64,000 bases of DNA from Schizochytrium sp. TIO01 (Eukaryota > Protista > Bigyra: Labyrinthulomycetes). Position 1 is the first letter of the stretch. Every line of letters begins with the position of its first letter. This document shows positions 43,654 to 56,452 of the stretch, piece after piece. The DNA is taken from the NCBI GenBank assembly GCA_004764695.1, contig SMSO01000007.1, positions 434,001 to 498,000 on the forward strand, written 5' to 3'. The notes under the pieces were generated by a model. It did not search any database and had not been told where the DNA came from. It saw nothing but the letters and a program-made list of their open reading frames with translations. A program made the position numbers and the translations under genes.

Positions 43654-46600
43654 CTTTGAAAATTTCGAGGAATACCTTGATTCCGATATTGTTGTATAAT
43701 CTCTGTTACTTTGTATTACTATATTGTTGGTTTAATCTTCCGTATGTACATGTTCTGATTTCGTTTAGCTGGAGAATCTTTGGATAACGCAAATTGTAAA
43801 TCAGATCTATTTATGTCAACAGTCTCCTGTTTAGTTAGAAGCATGTTAAATAAGCCTGAGGCTCACTAATATCTAAGATCTGGCAATTGTTGATGGAATA
43901 TCAGAGTTACTATAGGATGATCTATATTATAAGGCACTGGAAAAATCTATATCTTGCAGATGCATTTTCGAAAGATTTTCATGATCATAGAACAAACTCC
44001 TTACAGAAAGTAATTCCCGAGTGCTATTCAGTAGTATACCTTATTCTAGATGAGCTACATGATGGCACGCATTGAAGTGACGAGTCTCTGCTCACTTAAT
44101 GATACATCAGCAGTGAGAAATCCAGGTTATAGATATAATTTTTTGTATTCTTTAGTAGAAACATGATTATAGAACTGAGATAATTCATTGATTGCAGTTT
44201 GAGAGTATGGCTTATACTAGTTGGGTGCGTCGCGGCTACAAATATGCAAAGAAAACTTGAGCGATTGGATTCATACATTTACAAAAAGTATTTTTTCTGC
44301 ACAACTATATTTGTCCATTAAATAGTGGGAGCAAGTAGTAAGATTTCGCCTACGCTGATGGGAGAAGCAATTTATACATGTAGAGCTGCTATTTGGAAAG
44401 AGAATTGTACGAGAAGTAGAAATGTCTCAAGTTTTTGCCAAATCACTGTTGTACCTTGTCCTAATCAGTTATATAGATTAATGCCTCGTAGGTGTAAAAA
44501 CTCTCAGGCCAAGCTTTTGCTCGTTAGACGTGAGAGCTGTGTGTTAATCCGCATCCTGAACTAGGCATCTAAATCGGGTTTTGTCAATCGCCAAGAACCT
44601 GTTTTTGGTCAGACTGAAAAATACATTTTAAATATTTACTACTCTCTAGAATATCTTCTTATTCCGATTTTTGCACAGCATTGTCATGTGTAATTTGAAT
44701 GAATACGTATGGACCTTTCAGTCTTGAAGCAGCGGGCGCTCAGTGTGTCATGAATTGACGATCAACTAGGAGTTACAGCTTCTATTGAAAGTTTTACGAG
44801 TCCAAGTCTTTTTAAAGAGGTCAAATATACGAGCCAAAATATCCAATCAGAAGGATCTATGAACAGGACATTGATAAGGTTCTTGGCGTAGCACTGTAAG
44901 TCCCGAATAGGTAGGTTTTAGGATACAACTAGAGTAATTCTGAAATATAAATCTGTCTAGCTAGAGATTGACCATGAAATGGAAGGGAAGAGGCTCGAGG
45001 AAGCCTTCGTCGAGCAAATTTGACATTATAAGTTATCGATCTACGGTCTCTGGAATTAGATATAAGAAAGGCTTAGGCATGATACAATTAGAATACTGAG
45101 ACAAACTTGATTTCTTCAAGACCCAACTGAAGGGATAATTTTGCTTGTCTCTTCAACCATTTCAATCATCAGTTTAGATCTCACCATGCTTGACTCCAGC
45201 TAGTGCATATACCTACTTTCAGTTCATAACTATTTTGAGTGCACAATCACGGATTTTGCTTTCTAGTTCAGATCCTATTACGTCTTAAATCTTGGGGGTT
45301 ACAATGGAACGCCACGATTGAGATGTAGTTTTTTTGGTTATTTTATGCGGTTTCGTTTAGAGAAAGTTTAAGTGTTGGAAAACGCAGCTTTATTAAATTG
45401 ATTTTGTTAATTCTAATTAATTAGTAACCTTCGTATTTATGAAAAGGGAGTTTAGAAGAGTGGTAAAAAGAAAGGTATGCATTATAAAGTGAAATAAAGC
45501 TTAGTTAGTAATGCGCAGCTAGCTGAGGATCTCTAGCAATGTCTCGTCCACTTGATTCTTCAATAGAGATTTAAGCAAATCCGATAGCCGGATTTATGGT
45601 TGCAAAGCAAAGGGAGTTGAGAATTGAAGGTAAATTACATACTTAATCTAATGTTTGTGGTTGACATTTGAACCGTGGATAAGCAATTGAGTAATTTAAC
45701 CCCTTCAGGCAAGTGGAGGAAAGGCCAATTCTAGCTTGATTTCCATACTATAGCACAAACCAGTTCACTAAGTTCAAACCGTCGCAGAACACAAACTCAC
45801 ATGCTCAACATTTACAAAGTCTTCCTATGTCTTCTCCAAAGCCACTCAGCATCCTGACACTGATTTGCGAGTCAACCTCCAGCTGACCAACCTCACTTTT
45901 CAGCAAAACACTTTCAGTCAGTGACTTCTCAGGCCATGGCAGGCACACGCTTCTGTTGCTGTGTTCACAGTTAAAACGCATGAATTGCATTGCAACGGTT
46001 TTGTTCTCGAGGCATCTAGACGTCAAAGCTTCATAATTTGGTTTTGTTGATAGGAATTAAATAAGTACTGTGACTGTTGGCAACTGCAGATATTCATTAG
46101 AGACCTCAGGGCCAACGCATTCCATGGACCACACTTGACTAAAAGGCTGGTTTTCAACTTGCACGACAGCACAACAAGATAGAGTACCCTGGTACAATGG
46201 TTGTGGCTGACTTCTGAGATCTCTCATGACTTATTGATGATTGTATATCGCTGAAGTCCTGGACACACCACCGTATATCCCGAAGGCGGAAGGTCTGTTC
46301 GATAAGAACAAACAAATATTACGTGACTGAAAAGCCTAGAACTCCAAAAGTTCAGATGTTTCAGATACTTACACCTGTGAAAACAATAGAAAAAGCGGTT
46401 ATAGCTAAAATGCATTTGGGAATGCGCAGCTTGCTTCTGCAAAGTTTATCGTGTCAATTACTTAACTGGAACTATGGCAGCGCGCCATGATCAAGTTGAA
46501 AGTTAGGATTGGTTGGAGCGGGTAAAATCATTTTCGCTCCCTGATAAAGAAGAGAACGGTAAAATAGAGTGCATATTAGATTGTCTGCTCAATTCGTATA

Positions 46601-46662
46601 AAAACAAGATTGTAATTTAAAAATGTGTGGGTTAAGCTAAATTGATGATTAACTATTTTTTG

Positions 46663-48180
46663 TTACCACCACGCTGCAGGTGAGCTTCCAATTTCAACAA
46701 TACTGGGATTGACCCTCGCACGTATTTCAGGCTGAGTCATAAACGGGACATCGAGCATTACTACATCGATATCCTCTGCTGCGCCTGTGGGGACCGAGCA
46801 TTGAACAAAATGGTGTTCGATCTCAGATTCCAAGATTTTTTCTGCGGTCTTCCAAGCCTCATCGCTTGGATCCTTAACACCATGGTCATTCAAGAATTTG
46901 GCGGTGCGTGCAAGCGACACCCGAATAATTCGAGATGACGGATCCTCACTTTCAACTTGATCATGGCGCGCTGCCATTGTTGCAAACGCAGCGAGGTAGC
47001 CCGTCACGTAGTCCAAAAACTGTACAGGAATGAGTTGAGGCTCGGGCTCCTCCAAGGAAGAGGTGTGTAGATGCGCAATGCCAGTGCTCATTTGCACAAC
47101 AGCATCTACTCCTCGACGTTCCGCCCATGGCCCAAGCCTGGAATAAGCATCGATCTCCACGACTACAATGCCGGGGTATCGTTCCGCAATCTGTTTAGAA
47201 CTCAACTGAAGCTTCTCGAATGACCCTCGACGGTATGAGTTAATGTAGACATCTGCGCCTTGTAAGAGGTTTGCAAGTGTTTCTTGCCCAAATTGGGTGT
47301 CGAGATCAATCTCACAGGCACGCTTACCTGGACCAGTAAGAATTGCGAGCGGTCCAATGAATGGCAGTTTGGGACCACTTACGCGGAGCACTTTTGCGCC
47401 TAAATCGGCAAGGGTACGACCAGCTATAGGACCAGCAAGAACACGAGTAAAATCAACACAGCGCAAACCATGGGCACTTGTCTGACCATTTTGACGATGT
47501 ACCCACGCGTGCAGACGCTCGCGGGCCGTACGATGGGCATCTGAGTTCACAACTGGGACTCGCTCAAACTCGATAAGTGGAAGCTTTGCCACAGCCATTC
47601 CGTGTGGATGCACCTCCCATTCCTGCGGACTCCGAAGCACTGCACCACATGCTCCAGCGCGGCTAAGCTTTTCTTCAAGCTCAAATGCATCTGGCTCAAG
47701 TAAGATTGCGCGCTCAACATCTGAACGTTCAGTGGCTTCCATATCTCTAAAGCCAAGGGCCATCAAGGCCCGGTCGCGCATGCGTGGGAATAAACAATTG
47801 ATGATGACCTTGCGACCATCTCCAGTAGTATAGACTCCTGAGAGCTCATCATCGCGAACAAAAGGTTCACCATCAACTTTGATAAAGTTGTGCTGCTGAA
47901 TCGCAGCGGCAGCAATTTGCGGGTCCACAAGGACCCTTTCCGAGGGTTCTGTGTGCATTTTTTCAGACATGAGACCTATGGCCGCAATGGCTGCTGTCGC
48001 AATACTCTCAGCTCGTAACGGAGTTCGCAGCAGAGCATGCGGATTCGAGGCCTTTTTGTCTTCAGGCCGTTCCTGAATCTCCACCTTGGTCGCAAAATCG
48101 CTTGCTCGGAGCCCTGCACAGTGAAGGACCTCTGCGAGAGCTTGCTCCACATCCTGCGTAAATCGTTCCCTTCCGCTCAT
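46663..48180 (-). CDS. CoA-transferase family III (CaiB/BaiF), about 505 aa
   Basis: GLRCVDFTRVLAGPIAGRTLADLGAKVLRV, GKRACEIDL, ADVYINSYRRGS, GPWAERRGVDAVVQ, and the catalytic-Asp region PVQFLDYVTG. First ATG at 48180. Confidence 0.92.
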   Translation of the reverse strand: MSGRERFTQDVEQALAEVLHCAGLRASDFATKVEIQERPEDKKASNPHALLRTPLRAESIATAAIAAIGLMSEKMHTEPSERVLVDPQIAAAAIQQHNFIKVDGEPFVRDDELSGVYTTGDGRKVIINCLFPRMRDRALMALGFRDMEATERSDVERAILLEPDAFELEEKLSRAGACGAVLRSPQEWEVHPHGMAVAKLPLIEFERVPVVNSDAHRTARERLHAWVHRQNGQTSAHGLRCVDFTRVLAGPIAGRTLADLGAKVLRVSGPKLPFIGPLAILTGPGKRACEIDLDTQFGQETLANLLQGADVYINSYRRGSFEKLQLSSKQIAERYPGIVVVEIDAYSRLGPWAERRGVDAVVQMSTGIAHLHTSSLEEPEPQLIPVQFLDYVTGYLAAFATMAARHDQVESEDPSSRIIRVSLARTAKFLNDHGVKDPSDEAWKTAEKILESEIEHHFVQCSVPTGAAEDIDVVMLDVPFMTQPEIRARVNPSIVEIGSSPAAWW

Positions 48181-50927
48181 CCTGCCTAGGTCTTGCAAAC
48201 TCTTAAGATTCCCCAACCGGTTTTCTCAACACGAAGAGGATTTCCAAAGTTATCTGCAGCAGCAATGCCAGCTATCTTATCCCGAAACCACCCTTCGAGG
48301 CACTCTCAAGAGCAAGCCTCGTGTCTGCTCTTCCCAATTTCGTCCCTGCCAAAGCAAGCTTTGCCAAAGCTATTGAGATCCGTCGCGATTTCAAGGTTTG
48401 CTTTCCCAGCGCCGTGGATATAATAAGCCCCTCAACAACCCTGTACCTGGCTTCTTTCCTGAGGGGAGCGTCCCTCGCACTACGCTGCTGTGGTCTTCGC
48501 CAGATCGAGCTCTGCGTCCTCTCGCGGGGTGCTCCTTGGTGCGTCCTGCCAGAGCTCTCCGGGTCTCTGCGAGTTTTCGGTTTGCTTCTTCTCCACGGGC
48601 TCGTCAGTGATCGCGTCCCGCCCGCGATCCCTCATTTCGTTCGCAGTTCTTTTATTGAACCCACAACAACAACAACAACGAACACATTACATTTCATAAC
48701 AAAACAAACAATCTTTGCAATAAAAAAGCGCACAAAAATATCTTTTTCAAGACTTGGCCAGCCAGACCTTCGGTGCGTTCACTCGCTTGATTGATCGCCG
48801 GGCCCTGCGTGGTGTCAGCGATGCTTGTTGCGAGTTCTTCATGCAGCCGAGCTCGTCCACGAGCCCCGTGATGGATTTGATTTGCTTGCGAGTGGATGAA
48901 GCGAAGAGTAGAGAGAACTCGGAAGAGAGGCACTCGCTGGATGGCTCCGGGTCTGGTTTGGACGCACTCTGAGGGGGTCGCTCGTGACCTCTTATCACTT
49001 CTCATGGGTTCTGAGGTCCGTCGAAGCGAGTCAACTTTGGTTTTTATGCCTTCGGGTTTGGACATGTGCTTGAACATCGGTTTCGAAGGTTTAGCCTGTC
49101 TTGAGCTGCCCATGCTCTCACATGGTCGTTTGCGGGATCGTGAGGTTCAAGTGCCGCGATAGAGGCTGTTACAACAAGAGTCAGCGAGAGGAAACTGAGG
49201 GTTGGAATAAGCGTTGGCGGCTGGAATGGAAGCAGTGATGGTGGATTGGATCAGCGTGGAGGCCAAGGCTCTCTGCCGTGGAGACCTTCGAAGAGGCTCG
49301 CAAAGTTTGGGTCGGGTCGAGGGTCTTTTGAGGTTTGTTAGCTAAAGAAAATTTTGGTTTTGGCTGAGGATGATCTCTGGAGCTCCGAAGAAAGCTAACG
49401 GCGGAGGAGCGCTTTAGATGGGACTCAGGTTTCAGGGCTGCTCCCAGAATTGTGTTTTCGTGATGAGGGCGATGCAGTTGAAGAATGATATCCATGCTGC
49501 TATTACTCCCTGCAGTGTTGCTAAGCATTGCGGGAATGCCACAGCTCGCGGTTTCCTATTTTGTATTTTGGTGTGAAGCACAATTTACAAATCCAGCAAT
49601 ACACAAAAAGAAGAACGAATGCGTATCTTCTTGAAAAGGGGTATGGTAGAGAAAGACCATTTCTGCAAGCTTAAAAGAATGCCAGAGAGTGCTTTCTAAA
49701 GTTCTAGACAAACACACTGGCACCATGTGTGTACGTACATTCTAAATTATCACATAATATTCAATACCATAGCAGGCCAGAGTGATATTTCTGCAGCCTT
49801 ATCATACGCACGGCTCCTCGCACCGTATTCAATGGTGACGAGTTCCTTGTCTACTCCTTCTTTGTCCATTGCCCAAGCTCTCTGTCTTGCACGTGCCCGT
49901 TTCGGTTCTTTATCTCGGGCAGATTCTCCAAACCCAGTGTTTCGTGTTTCCGCCTACCAATCAAACGGCTTCACCATTGAGCAGAGCCTTCCGCACAGCG
50001 TTCGTGCAAGCCAGGTGGTGTTCGGGTCGTCGTGGTCAACACAGTTTCATCTCATGGACATCCCGCTTTAGAATGAATGCGGCAATTTTTGGGGATATGA
50101 ACGGCTTCGGCGTCGAAGAACTGAAGAACTTTCGATGTCTGACGAGTAGTGTAGAACCAAGTGCGCACATTTTTGTTCCGTGTTTTGCTTCTTTCGCTGA
50201 CCCAAATGCCGAGCCTTGGGATACGCTTGGAGTAGATTGAGCACAGCGCTCGTGTCAGATCGGGCGTGAGGCGATATGTAGAGAGAGACCAGGTTGCTGG
50301 CTGCACCTTAGTTTCTCCGACGAGAAATCGGCGCGGGCGTCTTCGATTTGTTGCTTAAGATTACTTATTTGTGACAGTTTTACTATAGAGTATTCACTTT
50401 TCTACTATAGAGAATACGTAAATACTTGATTTGTTTAGGTGCAGCATTCTAAGTGGCAGGTACTTAGAGGATCGTTTCCCATTGCCCTTTTTTGCGCGTT
50501 GCTTGCTTTCGCTGTGGTGGTTTGCTTGCGCGGCAGATCCTGATAGCCACCGCGTCGGTGGCCACCAGAGCGACCTTGGCGTCGCTTCTGGGACATTTTA
50601 CAGCCTCTGAGCTAGACCGCCTAGTGGAGGACCGGGGTTTCTAACCTAGTCGTCGCCGCCGACGTCTACATTTATCTAGCTTTGTTTTTACCTCATCTTC
50701 AGGTTTCCTCTCGCCGGGTTCGTCTTCAGCCTTGCGCGTTTGAGCTCAAAGGATTGTCCTCTGAGATCTTGGGCTTGGCTTTAGCTTCATTTCTAAAGTG
50801 GGTCTGAGCAGCTTCGAGTTTGGTCGCTAGTGCGCACCTCAATTGTGATCCATTTTAAGTCGTGAGCAGCTGCTCCCGTGGCGAAATTGAACGAGTCGAG
50901 ATTGCATCAAATCTATAACTAGCTGCA

Positions 50928-52491
50928 ATGTGGTGGCGTCAAGTAGCCTCTCTAGGTATGCGCCACAGGCGCCCTGCGATGGGGCTGGCTGGCTTGGGTG
51001 TGGCAGCCGCGACTCTTGCGGTATCTAGCTCAATTTTCAGGAGCGAAGCCATGGCGGATGCTGAAGGAAAGCCTGCGAGCGTCACCTCGAATGACCGTGT
51101 CATGTCTCGATTTGCGAGTAGGACGCGACTACGGCGGGCAAACACCAATCTCACGAATCTTGACAGCGTCATTTTGGGTTACGAGTATCGTTTGCGTGAA
51201 ACAGCTTCTCTGGAGAAAATCTTCAAGTATTTCAGTTCTGTTGTCCTGGATGGAGAAGAATTCATGACCCCGTTGGACCTTGGTAAGTTTTAGCTTTGGT
51301 TTTGAGAAAAGGTCTCCTTGCCTTCTTGTTTGACTGTTTGGACTAACATCTTGAGGATTCTGGGTGATCATGATTGTTTTCAAATGTTGCTTGTAAATTC
51401 TATGCGGTTGCGCAGTGCGAGCAATTACTCCTGGTGTGCCTCCATCGCCAAATTCTCGCCCTATTAATATCCCAATGTTTGAGAAGCACAATGATTCGCT
51501 CGAATTTACCAAGGATGAAATGCCTGATTTCTTCAGGTTTGGCGAGGACGACTCTGGCCTGATTTCTTATTCACGGTTTCTTGTGATTGTAACTCTTTTG
51601 GCGCTGCCCGCTGCTGAGATTCCTGTAGCCTTTGGAATGTGTGCTGGTGAGGACTTCCGCAACGTACAGCTGCGAGGCACGGGTTTGAACGTCCACAACT
51701 TTCACTTTGTAATGGAACGTAACATCAAGATCCGTGGGCAAGGATATACTCGTGACCATGAGGCCCCGAGCATTGCGCACTTTCTTTTTGGACCTAACCT
51801 TGAACGGACCTTGTCCTTTACCCAATTTCGGGACTTTCACCTCAAGCTTCGTGACAATGTGCAGCACATGCAATACTATCTTTTAAGTGATGGCATGGAT
51901 GATGCTGGTCAAGCAACCATGTCTTTGAAAGCCTTCGCTCGCAGTGTAGCTGCGCTAGTTCCTTCAGACTACCGCGGAGACTTTTTGGACCGCGCAGACT
52001 CTGTGGCTTATACGCCGATTCCCATCGAAATTGTCGAACAGGAGATCGCCGCGGGTCGGTTGCCGAATACTGTGAACAAAGAAAAGGTTGTGGGCAATCA
52101 GCTTCGTGTGAGCTTTGACCAATTCGTCATCTGGCAAGAAGTGGTGCGCTCGCTCGTGCAAATGGAGGAGGCTGTGCGGCGCTATAGTTATGAAGATGGG
52201 CATTTTAGCCCTACCAATATTAACCGTGCAGCCCTTGCAGTAACGGGAGCTAAACTTACCAAGGCTCAAGCTTGGAGCCTCTTTCATTTGTTCGACAAGG
52301 ATGGTGTGAAAATGCTACATCATGACCAATTTGTTCGCTTACTGCTACCGCATAGCATGGCAACTAACCCTCGTTTCGCCGCTGAGGGCCTAGGCCTCTA
52401 CTCTCTGTTCGACTGTCTCCAGACAGAGTGCAAGAAATGTGTTCGCAATTGGTATGAGGGAACTACTGATAGCGACGAGGAGCAATCATGA
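50928..52491 (+). CDS. MICU1: Mitochondrial calcium uptake protein (MICU1-like), 2 exons 50928-51282 and 51416-52491, about 476 aa
   Basis: Presequence-like N-terminus. YEYRLRETASLEKIFKYFSS and the spliced FMTPLDL|VRAITP match the MICU1 N-domain pattern. The GTAAG...CAG intron 51283-51415 joins the two ORFs in frame. Also GLISYSRF and LFHLFDKDG. Confidence 0.85.
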
Positions 52492-53357
52492 GTTTTTTCG
52501 CCTCCCATTTTTAGGGAGCCTGAAGCTTTCATGCGCTTGCAACGACAGCGCATTCAGAGGTGGCTCGCAAATGGTGCAAAGGTGCATGTTACTCACTTAC
52601 CAAGAGACAGAGTTACTTTTTTTCAAGCACATGCTGGGCACGCGATAGAACGACCACGAACACTCTTTTCAGACAATGAATAAAGAGACATGAAGAAAAC
52701 TTCTGATATCGTTGCCGTCGTCGTCCGCCAACCATCCTCAAAGCCCATGGCCTGGCCATCATCGTCTGCAGGCACGTGTAGCACCTTCTCTCCGTTGTCC
52801 CATCAATCTTCACTCTGTAAATTACTTACTGCCTGCGTACCTACTTATCCAACTTTTTTTTTTTTTTTTTTTCCAATCAACCAAAACATACTACGAGTAG
52901 ATAAAATACTCGTAGGAAAATAGTTCTCTAAAGCAAAATAATAATAATAATAATAATAATAATAAGGAATTAATATTAAAATAGGAAGCTCCATCTCATG
53001 ATCTGGTCCATAGAAAGGGCTTGAGGTATGTATTGCGTGCATTCTCTTCGCTGCTTGTGCATCATGAAATGGTTGGCTTTTCGAGCTGCGTCGCGGGGGC
53101 AGTGTTGGCACCAAGGCCCAGCTCAACCAACTCTGCACCCGCCCGACACGCGGCCCAATTGGTTAAATGATCACAATTCCGGCGCCATCACTTTTTTCTT
53201 TCTTTTCTTTTCTTTTCTTCTTTACAACTGGAAAGCGAATGAGCAGGAAAAAGGATTGAGTGACACCTTGAAGGTGAACATAGCATGGTAAAAAGTATCA
53301 GGTAGAAGGATGAAAAATGGAAAACCTCGGAGTGACCAGGTTTGAGAGGAGGTATGT

Positions 53358-53431
53358 GAGTGAGTGAGACAGAAGAAAAGCAGAAGAGTGAGTAGAGTGA
53401 GTGAGACAGAAGAAAAGCAGAAGAGTGAGTA
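53358..53431. repeat. 37-bp tandem direct repeat, two copies
   Basis: gagtgagtgagacagaagaaaagcagaagagtgagta occurs twice in tandem. Confidence 0.85.
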
Positions 53432-53925
53432 GAGTAAATTATTCTTATGTGTACAAAAGTTCTGTTGCTGATTTTGTTGTTGTTGTCAATAATGGTCAAA
53501 AGTGTGGCGCTAGCGGCATCCAGTTTGGTCAAGAGCAGTCAATAGCTCGTAGATCTTGGCGTGCGCTGCGAAGTGTTTGAGTGGGCTGTGAATAGGGAGC
53601 TGGACATGTTCATGTTAACTTTGTGCAGAGAACGACCCATTGGCTGCTGCTTTGGGTGCAACTGCAACTGCTGCTGCTGCTGCGTGGGTGGCGAGTGAGA
53701 AGACAGTGCTTTGCTTTACAGGAGGTTGTTTCTTCACTCGGCCAACGTAGCTGGCTCGATCGTTTATCATTTTGGGTGGCAGAGCGCAGATGCCTTGTAA
53801 GAAGGAGTTGATGCTGCGCTATGCTGTGCTTGGGTTGCCGGTTTGTGTGCTTGTTGTTGAGCTTGTGCGGGTCTAACAGTTGAGCACAGGGTCGTGACTC
53901 TGTGCGAAGAATATGTGATGGATGT

Positions 53926-54411
53926 TCAAGGGTAGCGGAGCTGAAGAATACCTTGGCTAACGTGGAAGGCGAGGCTGAAGAACCTGTTGCGGTCCTCAGG
54001 CTTGGCCAGCTTGAAGCCGAGGCGGTCGTAGAGGGTTTCTGCCACAAGGCTAAGCACAATGACGGAGCTGAGGTCGTAATCGAACCGTGTTGAGCGCATC
54101 TCCAGAAGTGGCCATTTGCACAGAACGATTTCAATGAGGGCTGCCTGAAGGCCCTCGACGGTCTTGGCGCCAAAGGCAGCGTGTGCCTTCTTGGCGTAGT
54201 CGCGCCCGATCAAAGACTTGAGCGACTTTGTCTTGATCTTTTCGCAGGGCGCGACGTTCTGCTGGGCCTGTTTCCACGCAAGCACCAGGCCGTAGAGCTT
54301 GGTCTCGCGCTTGTACTCGAGGTTGTAGTCCACTGAGGTTTTGCGCCAGTCGTGATCGCGTTCGTCTTCAAACACGAAGACTTCTGCGCGGTCCGCGAAT
54401 GTCACGGTCAT
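53926..54411 (-). CDS. Hypothetical protein, 161 aa
   Basis: ATG in an ACCATG context, GC3-rich coding-like codons (CGC GAG ACC AAG CTC TAC GGC CTG) and globular composition. No family recognised. Confidence 0.5.
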   Translation of the reverse strand: MTVTFADRAEVFVFEDERDHDWRKTSVDYNLEYKRETKLYGLVLAWKQAQQNVAPCEKIKTKSLKSLIGRDYAKKAHAAFGAKTVEGLQAALIEIVLCKWPLLEMRSTRFDYDLSSVIVLSLVAETLYDRLGFKLAKPEDRNRFFSLAFHVSQGILQLRYP

Positions 54412-56158
54412 GGTTGCCAGTGTTTTACAGGTCTGCCGGCCTCCTCGCTTGCTTCGTCACTTTTCCTATCTCTGCTCTCTCTCTCTCTCTCTCTCTGGCA
54501 GCTCTTGTTGCTTCTTGCCCGTGTCTGACTTGGCAAGTCCCTGATGCTGCCGACGCTCTTGCTGTCGTTGTAAATCCCCCTGCTTGGCGGAATTCTTGCT
54601 TTGACGAGGTCGTGCTACCTCTGATATCTCTGATCTCGCGCCGTCGACAGGGCCACCCACCCACCACGCTGAGTAGCAGCTGGCAGCCGCTGTTTCCGTT
54701 TCTTCCGTTGCGATCTACCTTTGCTTGCTCGTGGCGCAGGTTCGCGTCCCGTACTCTCTTTTCTTGCTTTGCTCGACTTTGACTGCCTGGGCTTGTGGAG
54801 TTTCGATTCTGGTTCTGCTCTTGCCGGGACCTCATCCAATCTCGCCTCTTCTTCCTCTCTTTTTATTTATCATTACGGTTCCTCATCATTGAAACAACAA
54901 AACAAACCTGAAAATGTTCACAATCATCATATTACCACTTCATTTAAAAAAGCTTTCTTTCATCCTTTCATTCATTCATTCATTCATTTCTTCCGCTTTC
55001 AAAGAAAGTTCATCTCTTTTCTCTTTCTTTCTTCTCTCTCTCTTTTCTCTCTCTTCGCCACTCCCAACTTAAAATAAAGCACCATTAATACTCTTACCGG
55101 GTACCCACTAGTAAACCAAAGTTTCATTTGTTTTTGTCTTTGTTTAATCCAAACTTCTATTTTATTTATATTTTGGTGCAGTACTAAGCACCTACTTAAT
55201 ACTGCTACTTCCATATCATTCTGTTCGGCCTTTTAACTTTTGCACCAATCCAGATGATACAAGTTCAATAAGGCTTTAATTTCCGAAAAACTTTTATCGA
55301 GCTTACTAGTGCGTAGTGAGTCTTATTGCAGTTGCCCTCCATCTTTGCTCAGCTGAAGTACCTTCTTTGCCCCCTCACTACAGAGAAGCCGGTTGGCTCG
55401 CCACCTCTGTCCGTACTGTTTTGAGTAGGTAGCCCTATCAGTAAAAGTGCGACCACGTACTCAGTGGGGACAGATTCGGGACATCCTTCTGGAGACAGCG
55501 CGGGCGAACCTCGCGAAGAGCATGGCGCCTCTTGCACTTGTCATGGGCCTGCTTCTGAAGGTTCCTTGCTGCGAGTTGGGCGTCTCTTGCCCGAGGCGTG
55601 ATCAGCTTCGGGCGGTTCTGTGCTGGTTTTGGGATCCATCAAGGCGGCCACACGCTGGATGCCTGGGTTTATTGGTTTGTTTCTTTGTTTCTTTGTTTGA
55701 TTCTTTCCTCCAAGTTCTCCTGCAGCCTGAGACTCCTTCGACTTCAAGTTTTTTGTATTTATGGAAAATAAAATGATGAGAAATAGATAATTAATTATTT
55801 TCCCCCCAAAGGCTTTAATTCGAGTTTTCAGTTCTGTAATTATAAACGTCCAACGCCGCGATATCTGCTCCGAATGAACGAATGAAGGGACTCCCTTTAC
55901 TCCCTCGCCTCGCTATTATGCGGCCCTCAGAAAGAAAGTGCCACTGCTCCCTTTTTATAAAACTCGAGCACGGCAGCTGACTTTTGATCTCTTCTACTTA
56001 TTTTTCATTGTTGAATACTAATTTATTAAAAAAAAAAAAAAAAACTTAAAAAAAAAAAAAAAAAAAACTATTTTCTTTCTTTCTAAGTAATTAAGGAGGA
56101 GAAGAGATCAGAAGAGACGCGAAGAGAAGGAAGAAGAAAGAAAAGAGAGAGAGATAGA

Positions 56159-56190
<32 letters not shown>

Positions 56191-56339
56191 AAGAAGGCAC
56201 TTGACGCCTTTCTTTCTTCCTTTGCCATTCTCCGCTCTTTTCGTCTCTTCGCTTCTCTTTGACGGGGTTCTTCAACACGTCACAATAAGTATCTCTCCAG
56301 CTGTACAGCAGCGTGGGCCTCGGCATCGTCAAGTTTCTC

Positions 56340-56452
56340 ATTGCATTGCACTCCATCGTATTGCATTGCATTGCATTTCATTTCATTGCATTTCATTGCA
56401 TTGCATTGCATTGCATTGCATTGCATTGCATTGCATTGCATTGCATTGCATT
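56340..56452. repeat. (ATTGC)n pentanucleotide microsatellite
   Basis: Directly visible, with imperfect copies at the 5' side. Confidence 0.93.

Noticed and set aside
48600-50310. Cluster of short overlapping ORFs between the CoA-transferase and MICU1 genes
   Set aside because: No consistent frame, splice model or motif.
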